The notes below the pieces were generated by a model. That model did no database searches, was not told the origin of the DNA, and worked only from the letters and a program-made list of their open reading frames with translations. The translations under genes were made by a program, and so were the position numbers. From positions 347,240 to 411,239 of the forward strand of contig RHPI01002656.1 of assembly GCA_009103225.1 (NCBI GenBank): DNA of 64,000 nt, in the 5' to 3' direction. Shown here in pieces: positions 48,927-62,000 of this stretch (its first letter is position 1; each line of letters begins with the position of its first letter). This DNA comes from Chlorokybus atmophyticus (Eukaryota > Plantae > Mesostigma and Chlorokybus algae).

Positions 48927-51784
48927 TCACGCCGCCACAGCCTCGGGCTTCTTGACCTTGTCCATCAGGGTGCTAATATCAACGCCCAACCCGTTGGCAA
49001 TACCCTCACCATAGGCAGGATCGCAGCGGTAGAAGTGCACAATATTCCGCTCCTGTGTAAGTGACACAAAGTATTGGGTGAGCAAACACTTCCCTAGTAC
49101 CACTGTGTGCCTGTGACAGCACTTTCACAGATGAGAACGACACTCACCTGGATGAAGCGAGGCACCTCCTTCATCGACACGCAGATACCCGTGATGAGAC
49201 GCTCCTTCTCGTCCTGCTTCATCAAGCGGAACAGGTCCCCGGCTTGAGTGTAGTCGTCATTGGGCGCCTGATTGTGGTACGCCCTTCAAGAAAACAACCC
49301 ACCATGGTAAGCAGCTTGCATGACAAGTTAAATCAAGCTGGAAAACCAACTGAACGTAAGTTGGTTACCTGTGGCTGTAGCGGTCACCTGGACCGTTCAC
49401 GGGCACAGGAGGCACAGGGTCCTTGTACCTGGGATCTTCCTTGGGTCCACCAAAGCTGAGCAGCACAACAGAACGTTTAGTACATATACCTCGACTCTAA
49501 AAACAACCACCCATCCCTCGACCCTTTCACCCACTGCACGCGACAACAGTTGCGAGACACACAACACCACAATGACAACCACCATAACCCACACACTCAT
49601 ACGGTAGCACAACTGTCCCTAGCCACCACCACACCCTTCCTCACCTGTTAGGTTCATAGTTGGGCGAGTCCCCACCATTGTCGTCAAAGCGCATGGCGCC
49701 GTCGCGGTGATAGGTGTGCATCGGGCATTTGGGCGCGTTCACCGGCAGCGTCTCATAGTTGGTGCCGATGCGGTACAGGTGGGCGTCGGAGTAGCTGAGG
49801 AGGCGGCTCTATAGAGAGGAGGTAGTATCAGTAACACAATGTTGGATTCTGGACCCACTGTGCAAAACACAACTCACCTGCAACACTTTGTCTGGGCTGG
49901 GGCCAATGCCGGGAACAAAGTTGCTGGGGCTGAAGGCGGACTGCTCAATCTCGGCAAAGTAGTTCTGCGTGCGCATCAACGACATCAGCATCACCACTGT
50001 CATGTTGTGCAGGGTGGGGGAGAGAACATGTGTCATGTATGTATCAAACACCCACCTTCACGTTGCGGTTGAGTTCCAGGATGCCGACGTCAATCAGCGG
50101 GTAGTCTGAATGATTCCAGACCTTGGTGAGATCAAAGGGGTCCACCTGTAAGAGTCACCACAAACGAATTCAGTAAGTGTGAGGTGAGAACCTTGCACAA
50201 TGTGTTGCGCACAAACCGACAGCTAGGGCGCTTAACTATGTTGCGACTGTACCAACCTTGTATGTCTCGGCTTCATGCTCGGGCATGATCTGCACTTGGA
50301 ACTTCCACTTGGGGTTCTCTCCCTTGTTGATGGCCTCGAACAGGTCCTCTGTGGAGTAGTCCGGGTTGGTGCCAGAAATGTCAGCAGCCTCCTGCAAAAC
50401 CAACAAGATGTCAAAAACTGTCCATGTAATAGCTCAGGGCAAGCAGGCTTGTAAGAGATGAAGTGTACCTGTTCTGTGAGGTTCTCAATGCCCTGCATGG
50501 TCTTAAAGTGGAACTTGACCCAGTGGCGCACGCCCTCGTCGTTGATCCACGAGAAGGTGTGGCTACCATAGCCATTCATGTGGCGGAAACCCTTGGGGAT
50601 ACCGCGGTCGCTCATCAAGATGGTCACCTGAAATACAACTGTATGAGTATTGCACATCGCGCCTTATCTTTCGCACAAGCATAGATGTGCACGCACCTGG
50701 TGAACGGCCTCAGGAGACAAGCCCCAGTAGTCCCACTTGGCAATCGGGGGCTTGAGGTTGCTCTGTGGGTGGCGCTTCTGCGTGCGGATAAAGTCCGAGA
50801 ACTTGAGAGGGTCCCTGATGAAGAAAACGGGCGTGTTGTTGCCAACCTGCGGGATGGAACTGATGTTAGCACATGCAATGCGCAATGTGAGCTAGTTAAC
50901 ACATTTCTGTACAACTGACCCGTGACCAACATACCATGTCCCAGTTGCCTTGCTCAGTGTAGAACTTGAGGGAGAACCCACGAGGGTCGCGTGCAACATC
51001 GGATGAGCCTTTCTCCCCACCAACAGTGGAGAACCTCGCCAGCACCTGCATGCAACACACATCAGCCACACTGCCACACTTGCCAACACCCAACTCTACA
51101 TTGCCATGTAGAACAATACAAAGACCAGCCAAACCAACCTCAGTTTCCTTGCCCACTTCCGACAAGAACGCTGCCTTGGTGTACTTTGTCAAATCATTGG
51201 TGACAGTGAAAGTCCCGTACGCACCTGGCAATACAAACACATATATAACACACCCAATCCAAGAGAAACCCAACGTTCCCACATGCATCAAGAAATTAAC
51301 AATCAACCTACCTGCTCCCTTAGCATGGACAACTCGCTCCGGTATGCGCTCCCTGTTGAAGTGCTGCATCTTCTCGATGTGCCAGTAGTCCTCAATGAGC
51401 AGCGGGCCCCTCGGTCCTGCCGTCATGCTGTTCTGGTTGTCGCCGATGGGACGACCGTTCGCGCCAGTCATGAAGGGAGCCTCCTTGCCGGCGTCTGCGC
51501 GCATAGCGGCAGTGTCGGCCTTGTCGCCACCAGTTTCCTGTTGAAGTGACATTGTAGTTAACACACGATGCTAAGTTGGATGGATGCATGAAAGTAGGAA
51601 CTACAATTGTATGTCACATGCATAGAAGGGCAGTTGCAGGACGCACACGCAGAAAGAAAGAGAGCGAGAGAGAAGTAGTCTCTACCTGTGGTCCAGAGGG
51701 AGAGTTGCCCTCGACGTCAGGCTTGAAGTCCGTGGCCTTGCTGTGGCCATTGGACTCCTTGCCGTTGCTTCCAATGCCGGCCAT
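48927..51784 (-). CDS. CAT: Monofunctional heme catalase, clade 3 (bacterial KatA/animal/fungal type), intron-containing
   Basis: [17 protein letters not shown] (distal His), [84 protein letters not shown] (proximal Tyr). Exon phases consistent where checked; TGA at 48929-48927. Confidence 0.96.
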
Positions 51785-53871
51785 GGCTGTGACTTTGTTG
51801 AGCAACGTGGACGCCAGCTTGGCTGACTGCTTGCTACTCTTGGGCTTTAGAGCTGCATGCACGCAAGAAAGGCAACCAACCTTCAATACACATGTGCTAC
51901 TGCTGTCAACTGCTTGTGCAAACACCCGACCAGAACTTAATCAAGCTCAAGGCTGAACCTAAGTTGCGCAACCAACTTGCACAAGCCTTGCCTGCAGCAA
52001 CGCAGAGCAAGCGTATAATATGGAGCAAGCAAAGCAAGCTTACCTGAAGGCAAGGCTTGTCGCCTCAGGCCGTGCGCGGTAGTGTCGGCGGCGACGTTGC
52101 TGTTGTGGCCTTTGCTCAAGGCGGATGTAGCGGGCAGCGTCGCTGTTGCAAACCTCGCATGCATGGCGCGTTGTAGTTCAATACTTATGGCAACGCCTCA
52201 ACTCGTTGAATTCGAGGCTGAGAATGTGGCCACCGAACTAGCTACATGCGTGAGCCCCCTTTCAACAAACGTCACCGCCATCATGGTGACGGGCAACGTT
52301 GATAGAGAGCGAGCGCCAGAGATTCCCTATGATGCCATGGAATCCATTGGGTTGCAGATCTGCAACACCGCGTCAGATGGCAACAGGGGTTTTACAACGC
52401 CTTCCATTTGGTATTGGTATTGATCGCGGGAAGCGAGGCGAGTTTTTGCGCTGCGATGACACTGATGAGCCACGGACGGCGTGGCCCGCACAGCAGGCTG
52501 CTGTCACTTTTGACAATCCCTTACCACGTCGGATACGAGATCTGATCTGGTCCCAGTTTTGTCTACGACGGGCCGCCCGTAACGTAACGCAACGTAACGG
52601 GCGCACCTCCATAATGACATTGATGGAATGGATTTGGCCCCCCAATGTGAGGGTGGCAATGGGAACATGGTGACTTACCCTCAGATGAGAACAGCTGCTC
52701 TCACCAATTGATGCCATAAAGTGTCCTTGTATAATGCTGTGGTTGCGTGGTCGCATCTTACTCATCAGTATAGGAATGTTAACATCTCGCTAAGACGAAA
52801 TGTGTCCTTTTTGCTGTGATCTCATGTGCACAGGTGCAATTGCTACATGCGAGATTGTGTTGTATATTTTTGCATGTGATGGTACGCGAGCTGTTAGTGC
52901 ATAAGGCAATGATGGCCGCATATATATGTCACATATACAAAAGAGCACTAAAGCAATGCTCCGCAATTGTTTTAATTATTGAGCTCGGCGATCTGAGCAC
53001 ATCTGTTTGTGCATTTTTATAATATCATTGAATCCGACCTCAATCTGCAAACACACACAAGTCAGTGATTGGTAACGCACGTCAATGTGCACTTGTGTGT
53101 TGGTGTGCTTGATAATAACAACACGAAGACGACATGCAAAGCATTATTGATGTTCCAAAGATGATGTCAAATGTAATAAATGTCATGTTCGAAAACATTC
53201 CGAGAAAGTGCGATTAAAGTTGCAGAAGCAATGAGCTATCTATGTTTAATGCTATTGGTTATTGAAAGCAGTAAAAATGCACTTGCCCTCCTTGCGAACA
53301 TAATGAAAATTGGTAATAGAAAACTCGTCGAAAAACTTGTCAAATGAACTAAATGCCATCTTTTTGATGGACAAGATTATAGCTGAATCTACAAGCGAAA
53401 GTGCCCGGCAATGGCTTTCCGCAAATCCTCTCAAATAGCCCACACAATTATTGGTTTGCTGTTATCGACGTGTTAATACAGATGGGGGGCATTCTGTGCT
53501 TGAACCCCGCTAGTGTTCTTGACTTACATTCATACACATCCAAGTATGTGGTTTATTAATTAGCATATCTCACCCACATTCTTTCGTTAATTGCTGACGG
53601 AAAGTTTAATATAACAGCGGCTGTAGTAGTTGTATGCGCTCGTGCACACCGTGTGGGCCATAGCAATCGCTGATTATAATCCATGTCAGTAACTTCTCTT
53701 GCCACTATATCTAGTGGACCTGTATAACTAGCTGTGGCGAATTGCATAGCACGAATACATGCACAGGTTGCTGACACATATTTACCTCAATGTTTTGACC
53801 CCGTCGTGCAGCGCTGACGAATGCCAATGGTAGAGCCAGCCCTTCCGTAGCCACCCCAAATAGTAATTCTG

Positions 53872-54431
53872 TATAACAAATGGGGTTCCGACCACTAGGC
53901 TATGGTAGCAGAAGCGCTACCAGGAGTGAGGTCTGCGACAGTTTATACCAAATTCGTTACATTCCTCCCCAATTCAACCCGCCAAGTTCTCTTTGTCTTA
54001 TGCACTTAAACTAGCTTGCGTCGTCGCAGGTTACGACCGCCCGCAACCTGGACACGCATGCGGCCTATTGGCGTGCAACCGTTCATAAGCAGTCAAAAAC
54101 CCATCGACTGATCGTCCGGCACCGGCCACCCTCACCCACTTACGACGCGACTTGCCAATGCGGCGGGGCCTTTAGCGCGGCCATAGGTCAAATCAGCTCG
54201 GCGCGGTGTTGCGACCCCATGCCCAACCTAGGGCAAGTCGCCCTAATGTTCATAATCCGCTTTAACCTTCCTCAACAATTGTCGTGTTTTCTATCCCCAA
54301 CGGGATTTGAACCCACAACTTCAAGCATCCGATACCCATGTAACACAGGGGGTTCCGACCATCAGGCTACTCATGATGATAAAGGCACTACCATAAGTGG
54401 GGTCTGTGACAATTTATATCGAATTCGTTAC
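53872..54431 (-). mobile_element. TRIM family 2 (older, diverged LTRs)
   Basis: ~90-bp direct repeats 53872-53961 and 54339-54431 (TGTAAC..GTTACA, each with one damaged end); probable TSD TTCTG (53867-53871, 54432-54436); minus-strand PBS TGGGTATCGGATGC (54338-54325) and PPT GGGGAGGAA next to the left LTR; a solo LTR of the same family sits at 40840. Confidence 0.85.
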
Positions 54432-57162
54432 TTCTGATATATATCTGCAAAGACCCTATTAACCTGAGGCCAGTGCTTAAGTCAGTGGCTGTAGACAGCC
54501 AATGTGGCCGTCATGTACAAACTCATGTAAGAAAAGGGGCGTTTGATTTGCTGATTGCCCCGGGAACAAGCCACTTCAACACCTAATAAACTCATGTGCC
54601 GGCCGCACAGTGGCCGATGCTTATTCCAAGTCCCGTAGGAAAACGCCACTCCTCCTATAGGACTAGGGCCAGCACTGCTGGGCCGGTATTGCCGGCTCTG
54701 CCCGCCAAAATGCCGGTTGAATGCACCGGCAGCGAGCCGCCGCTGCTAGTGGCACGCTGAACGGGACAGAATTGTAAATAAAAGCACGTGCATGCAGCTT
54801 ATATAAGGATGTTGGTGGCTTTTATACTCAAAACAATTAGTCACTAGTTGGCTTGGTGAAATTACGATTGTAGCATACAAAAGCCACATTGGCTTATAGC
54901 TAAAACCCTTAGCTGCAGCCCTGCCTGAGGCCATGTTCAATGCATTGCAGCAATCACGTACCGTACCAATCGTGACGATAAACCTGCACACGTCGCGGAC
55001 GTAACCTTCAACACGAGCAATATGCGAACTTCGCCATTCTTGCCATATACGCCGCAAGGATGTACATAGTGATGTCATTGTTGTTAAGCACAGCCGCTGC
55101 ACATACGTTAGCATGGTTTTTATCAATCTGCTGTTCATGCAATACATAATTGGCATGCTATGCATGCATGGTATATATCCCAAGCATCAACTGTAAGACC
55201 ACAGATAAAGTGGCTGAAACCCAACACGTCAGGTACACACTATCAGCAGAGGTGTAGCACCCCAGAATGCAGTAATGCATTTTGTTATTAAATGGTAGCC
55301 TCAGCGCCGCGGCCATGTTAAGATGCTTCCATTCTTACTTATTCTTCACTGGTGCGTATGGCTTGTGACTCCGTTCATCTAATCATGGTTTTGCACAAGA
55401 CAGCAGCATTTGATGCAAATACCCGATTTATTCGTGGCCTCATCCATACGAGGAAAATACGCTTCGACAATGTGCAACTTTCTCGTAAGGATGGTGCAGA
55501 ATGTGCTCGCCGTAGTTATAGCTTTTTGGCCTTTCGACATGCTACAATGACATGCAAACATTCCAAGTACTTACATTGTTGTTTGTAGTTGACAATCATG
55601 ATTTCATCTATTGCAATTTGAGTTGTAACCCTCTCATAATGCAGCCATTATAGCTCTGTTACAACCACCACCTCAGTGTGATGTAAGCCACTCAGTGCAA
55701 GTCAGTGCACTTTTGCAATAGCCCTGTAGCGTCGTCGCCAATAATAAACCACGAATAGGGTGATAAAGCCACTTTCAACCTGTAGCCGCTTAATCTTGTG
55801 ACTTCGCTAGCAATGGCTCACACAAGCGTGAGCATGCAGAATGCCCCTGGAAGGATGCAGCCACACATGCACACAGGTGCAAGGCTATTGTGCATGCACA
55901 CAAGTCATGCACATCCTCAACATACAAGAGGCATACACATACATCAACAGTGTACAAGGCTACAGCATGCACATATATGAATGGGCATACTATAGGTAGT
56001 ACCCCTCTCGCATATTGTGTACACGCGCATATGCATGCATATGCACACTGACCAGCTCTGTGCAAGCTGCTTATCAATGCTTTGTACAGTTCATCTTCTT
56101 AAAGGCTCGTGAGCTCACTGAGGCAAGGACTGACCGCATGAGCGAACCGGTTAGGTACTGCACCCACCTAAGCAGTTGAACCCATATAATCATGCTGTCA
56201 ACATAGCAGCCTAAGAGTAATCATGCCTTGCCTATTAGGCGTGACAAGCTTCAATTGCATGCACTTATGCACGGCACACCGAGTAACGGCTCAGTCAATC
56301 TAGCTGCGCGTCAGCAAGCTAGCATACCTAGTATGAACAATGACAAGTTTGATATTGCATGTGACAACAAGCTTAAGCACATCAGTGGGCCACCTTAGCG
56401 CCACTGACAGTGGCGCTAAGGTCAACATTATTGTATAAGGCTTGCATTGGGTTGCTCATTGTTTGATGCAATGCGCCCTACTTACCAAGCAATGTCGTAC
56501 CAATATGATGCTGGATGTCATGCAAGTGGTCACTTATATTGTTGCATGGCACTCTATACTGATCTGCAAGTGCGTCACGAGCGCAAATATAAGGGAAGCT
56601 TCACAGCTTTTCACGAGTTCTGCCATGCGCTTCAATGACACTTTGTTTTCACTGGGCCAAGATGACAACACCTTGCAGCTGCTATATGTTGATCAGATCC
56701 TACAGCCACTTGTAACATGTTTAAGATGTTGCAACATCAAAAGCAGTCCAAAACATCCAATTATAATATAATATTTAATTAAATTCAAATATCACTTGAA
56801 AAGTCATATTACCGTCTTTACACAAGTTATAATAAAATAATCATTGTATTGTGCTCTTACTGTTGTGATGCGACTTACACATCGAAAAAGATTAAAGCAT
56901 ACTATATTAACAAAGATCATAAGTGTGCACAAATATCGAAAGTCTCTTAATCTGTAGCGCAAATATATATATGTATCATGAGCAAAAATCTTAAGTACTG
57001 ATTTGGTTGAGCACATGTACATTCAATCAAAAACTTTTAGCATTGTGAGTCACAAATATATAATGTAATATAATAACTTGACTGATTCACAAATATATAA
57101 TATTACATAATAACAATAAACATTGTAACATGTTGCTACGCTACAATGTAAACTACATTGAG

Positions 57163-57192
<30 letters not shown>
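57163..57192. repeat. (CTA)n microsatellite, ~10 units
   Basis: Directly visible. Confidence 0.95.
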
Positions 57193-57193
<1 letters not shown>

Positions 57194-59020
57194 AACATTT
57201 AGCTACTACCACTACTACCCTATATACTCTACCCTTATACTCAGCCGCCGCTCCTCCACTCTCCACTCCCCCGCGCCTGCGCCGCCGCTCCTCCGCCGCC
57301 CTCGCCGCTCCTCCTCCGCTTGGCCTGGTCGGCAAGAAGGGCGTCAACACAACGGCATTATACACACACATACAAAGAAACTCACCTACCATGCCGCCGC
57401 CGCCTGGCCTAGCCTGGCCTGGCCTGTAAGAAGGGCGGGTTGCGCTGTTGCACTTAACATAACGCCATCATGCACATGCAACTCAACTACTCTGTGTACA
57501 CACATATACACAAACTCACCAACCGTGCCGTCGCCGCCGCCGCCGCACAACTGTCCTTGTAACTGAAGCCGTTCAGCGTTTGAAACGCTGCTGTGTTTCA
57601 AACGCTCAACGTCTTCAAGTTCAATGGTACAGTCGTACCACTAAAATGGTACGACAGCACCGTTGTACCATTGAATTATTAGTACAGTATAGGGTACTTT
57701 GATGGGACTGTTGTACCATCGCAATGGTACTATTGTTCCATTAAGTGTGCCGAGTATAACTAATCGGACTGACAGGTACTCGCCGCCATCGCTTGTCCCT
57801 CTTGGAAGACTTAGTTGAGATTGAGTGGTCACTTGCTTGCCAATGTAGGTTAGTCGCTGCCGCGGCTCATGTGCGGCCGACGGCCGGCCGCGGGTTAACT
57901 CCGACTCACCGGTATCGACCGCCGCCATTAGAGGCTTGAATATACACTTAATTGCCATTACAAGTAGGTCGCCGTTATGGAAGCAGTATGACCGGCGGTC
58001 GGCCGTCAAAATATGTTGATGTTACGTCATCACCGGTAGGCAACAGTCCAATGTACTGTACGATCGGCAGTTGGCAATTTATTATTGTCCACACTACGCA
58101 CCGGCAGTTTATTCAGTCCCTTTGTGGCCCAAGTCGTTAGGTCCGTTAGGGTCAGATAGGGTCAGGCATCCAACAGTCCCTCAGTCTCTCGTTAGTCACT
58201 GTGTAAAATTTGCGACGAAGTTATTAGTAATGACCACACATTGCGTGATTGCATTGTGCTGGTCTTGTAAGCAAAAAACCGCTATTGGTGGCAGCATTGA
58301 TGACTTGAGTTACACGATGCAGCAAAGGTGCATGCATGGCAGCACTGTTAACATTGTTTATTTACACATTGTTATAAAAGCACAGGTGGCATATATCAGC
58401 TATGAGGTTATATCGCAAATCGATGAGCTGACATCTTGAATCATCTGCGCGCCTCAATGTTGCGGCGCTCTTCCATGCCCATGCATTATAGCATGATTTG
58501 TGCAGCAATCAATGGTGGAGTGCATTATGTACGACCATTAGCAGACAGCTACTCAATTCCAAGTAAATCATCATCCCGCACTACATTTGTCTTAACATGA
58601 GCAAGCACATTAGACATGTGATCGTCCGGCGGCAAAGTGACGTTAGAACTTGTAAAAAAAATTATATATGCATGCGTTCACAATTAAACGTTCAAGCAAA
58701 ACTGTGCACTGTTTTTGCCCCTTGGGTTGCACGCGCAAAACTTTTAAACATCATTGCGTTAAAGTGATGGAACGATCGCTTAAATATAACACAACATCCC
58801 CATTAAATGCCTCTTGTAGGTGCAACTTAATGAGGATGCACAACGTGATAGCAAAGCATGCAATGCTGTACAAAAGTCTGCATACACTACATGCACTGGC
58901 TCTTGCGACTTTGCTCTCGCGAGAACTAAACATATTAATGTAATGCGTTGTATGCAATTTGACGGTAGCTAATAGACTTTTTGCGACACTGTAACATATA
59001 TGGTACTTTTGTTTTTTATT

Positions 59021-62000
59021 GTCTCAGGGCGGCGGCGACGGTGGCGACGCTATTGCTTGTTCTTGGCGGCGATGTAGGTGTGGTTGTTCTCCCCACGGGG
59101 TGTGGGTGACGCCCGCCCCGCGGGGCCCCTCTCCCGCTTTGCCTGGCTGTATCCCAGCAAGACTTTGTAACGGTCCCGTTGATCAGACTTCCGGTGGTCA
59201 ACGACCGATTGCTTGCTTACCTACGCTGCCTGGTCGGCCTGGCCAGAGCCTCTTCGCAATTGTAAGCTGCATTCAACCTCCTTCCCCCGTCCCAATCGGC
59301 CTCATCACCAGTTGGGTAGTCGGGATCTTCGTGGTGGCTTAATCTTGCAGCCACGAGCTTGCCCAGCGCGCTCGCTGGGCTGATCTTTTCATTGGCAACA
59401 TGGAGGATGCGTGGATGGGCGAGGCGGTTTCTCACTCTCCTCTCACTCCCACCCTCCCCCCGTAGGTTTATCTCTGGGGCCCGCAAGCCAAGGAGCTGGA
59501 TCCCCACCACCCCTTGGCAGGCAACTCCACACCCACTGCATCGTCAGGGGCCTCAATTCTTGGCCCCGAGGGCCCTCCCCCACAGCTAAGTTGTTGTCTA
59601 GCCCGTTTGTGCTGCCTCCGTCTCTCCGCTTGGTCTTGGTGGCTCTATTGCTAGATCTAAGGTTGCTCTTGATACGCATATTCAATGGCAGTCCGCACTT
59701 AGCTCAGATGCGCATCTTCTCTTTTTCCTACGCTGCTATAGATGCACGCTCTGGCACGGCAGCATGCGTTCGCGTAGGCTGTCCTTTGTGTGGACGCCGT
59801 AGGCACTCCTGTGACCTCCGCCATACACTGTCGTGCTGAAAGGGAGATACATGATGTCTTCTCCTCCCAAGCAGGCCTTGAAGGAGTTCTCTCTCGCTAC
59901 TGTCGTGGCTCTCCCCCCCTGCGCTGGCCTCCCAGGTTAGATTCGTCGTTGGGAGGGGGAGTCGAACATTTCTAGCTGGATCTCTTCCTAGGCGCGTCTC
60001 CCTACGTGCACACCCTCATTCTTACTGTAATGGCTCCATACCGGGCTGTCGGCAAACCCCTCCCCCCTAACCGTGACCCCTCCATTCTCAGCGTCCCGAG
60101 CTCTAAAGCCAGGTACCGCTTCCCTTACCCCGACTCCTCTCTCCCCTGCAAGCTTTGCTTTGCGGTAAAGAATGGCGGCCAGGAGATCTCCATTGTCGAT
60201 GACATAGTCTACTCCCCCACCCTCCACACCTGTCTGCTCTGCTCTAAGATGGGGTTGCTAAGTGCCCCTCTGTCCCTGGCTCCCCACCCCCCGCTCGCGC
60301 AGGATCCGATGCTGCTCCTTGCCCCGTACCCTCTTGCTCATTGACTGCTGGCGCATCCCCTTCGCCATCCCGCCCCCCCTCCCCTCCATTTTCACCCCCT
60401 TCCCACTCAACCCCTCTTTCTCCCCCATCCTCACCCCCCTCGCTTCTTCTCCCTTCGAGTGCCCCACCCCGCCCCCCTTCCCTCGACCCATTGGCTTTGA
60501 CAGCTCCCCCCCACCCATTCAAGCCCTCGACTGCCTCGTTCCCCCGCCCCCCCTCGTCCCTCACATGCCAAGAAGCAACAGGCGCTCACCACTGCTCCCT
60601 TGTAGCGGGTGCTCGCTAACTTTCTCCCCTCTACCCTTCTGGCAGAAGGCTCTCTTTTGTTGAAGTCCTCTCATCACCCATTTACCCCCTCACCTGTCCC
60701 ATCTTTTCCTTCCCCCCTGCAAGTGGTTGGCTGCGCAGGTGCTTGCGCTCGGCAGCCATTCCTGTGGCGGAGACGCTGCAAGTGGTCTACATGGTCTCGT
60801 GTATCATAGTGTCGCCGTCCTCTCTCTCCTCTCATCTGCAGCTTCTGCGCACGGGCCTAAACAAGGCCTCAGCTTTGATGTTCACCAGGCTGCACCTTCC
60901 CGACCCTCTTCCGCCATTTCCCCCACAAGACTTCTTTCATGCGGAGGTGCGCAAAGCCCTGATGCGCGCTCAGTTCCCGCTTGATGCTACGGTGGAAGAG
61001 TTGACGCTCGACAGCGGCGTTGCCCACTGCCATTCATTTTGCCCGTCAGAAGACCCCTCCACGAGGTTCCTTCCTCTTGCCTTCTCTCTCTTTAATCTTG
61101 ACTCGGCAAGCCCCCGCCCGTTGTATCAGCGCTGGTTTCCTTTCCTCGAGTGGGTGGAGCACACGCACGGCAAGGGCCCCTTGCCGTGCGTGGGCTCCTC
61201 CTTGGCTCTCATTGCTGCTGTCGGCTTATATGTGGAAAAGTGGCACGCCTCCCGCATGTCTCTAGCCACTCCGCCCGGGCCACAGGCACAGGTGCATCCC
61301 AACGACACCATCATGTTCCTGCCTCCTTGCCCGGCACTTTTTCACTCTGCTAACAAGCGCCTTTCTCTCCAGCTGCGGAATCCGTTAACGGAGTCCATCT
61401 CTCCTCACGGGCTCGCTTTCTCTCTCTTATGCTATTCCCAGTCTTTTCACCTCGTGCATATGCTATGGTGCTGCGATGCGCCCGCGCTCGTTATTGGTTA
61501 AGGGTGTACAGATCAGCCTCATCGCAGCCTTCCTTTTTACTGCCGATGATCCCGTCCCCGCCTGACAGCTTGGAGTGGAGGCTGAGCTGTGTGAGGCGGC
61601 CTGCTCTCTTCTCCTTGTTCCAAAGGATGCCAGCTGGCGGGTGTGGCCGGATGCAGGCTCGTCTCCTCGACCCCCTGCAAGACACGTCGCTGGCGTGGAC
61701 GCTGCTGCTGGGTGAGGACTCTTCGGACGGCGCAGCGACCAAGACTGGCAAACATGACGCTTTGTGGCTTGACGTCAACTACCTTGAGCGCGTTGAAGGC
61801 GGCTTGTCCCAAATTCTAGACCCTCACTCCCTGGCTGTCATTCGACACTTCCGCTCTACCCTTCCCCCGCGTCTGCTCTATCCCCGGCTGCGGCTCCGTC
61901 CTTGAGGAAGGCCCTCTTCCGAGTGATGGACCACTTCTCCCGGTCCTCGCATTTCTCCCTGGCGATGCTGCTGTGCCTAGCCGCTGCTGGTGACTGATGC

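Noticed and set aside
54290-54330. A tRNA gene
   Set aside because: Only a T-arm and 3' acceptor-like strand are present; the D-arm side is an LTR end and the anticodon position is a PBS, so no cloverleaf forms. Treated as part of TRIM2.
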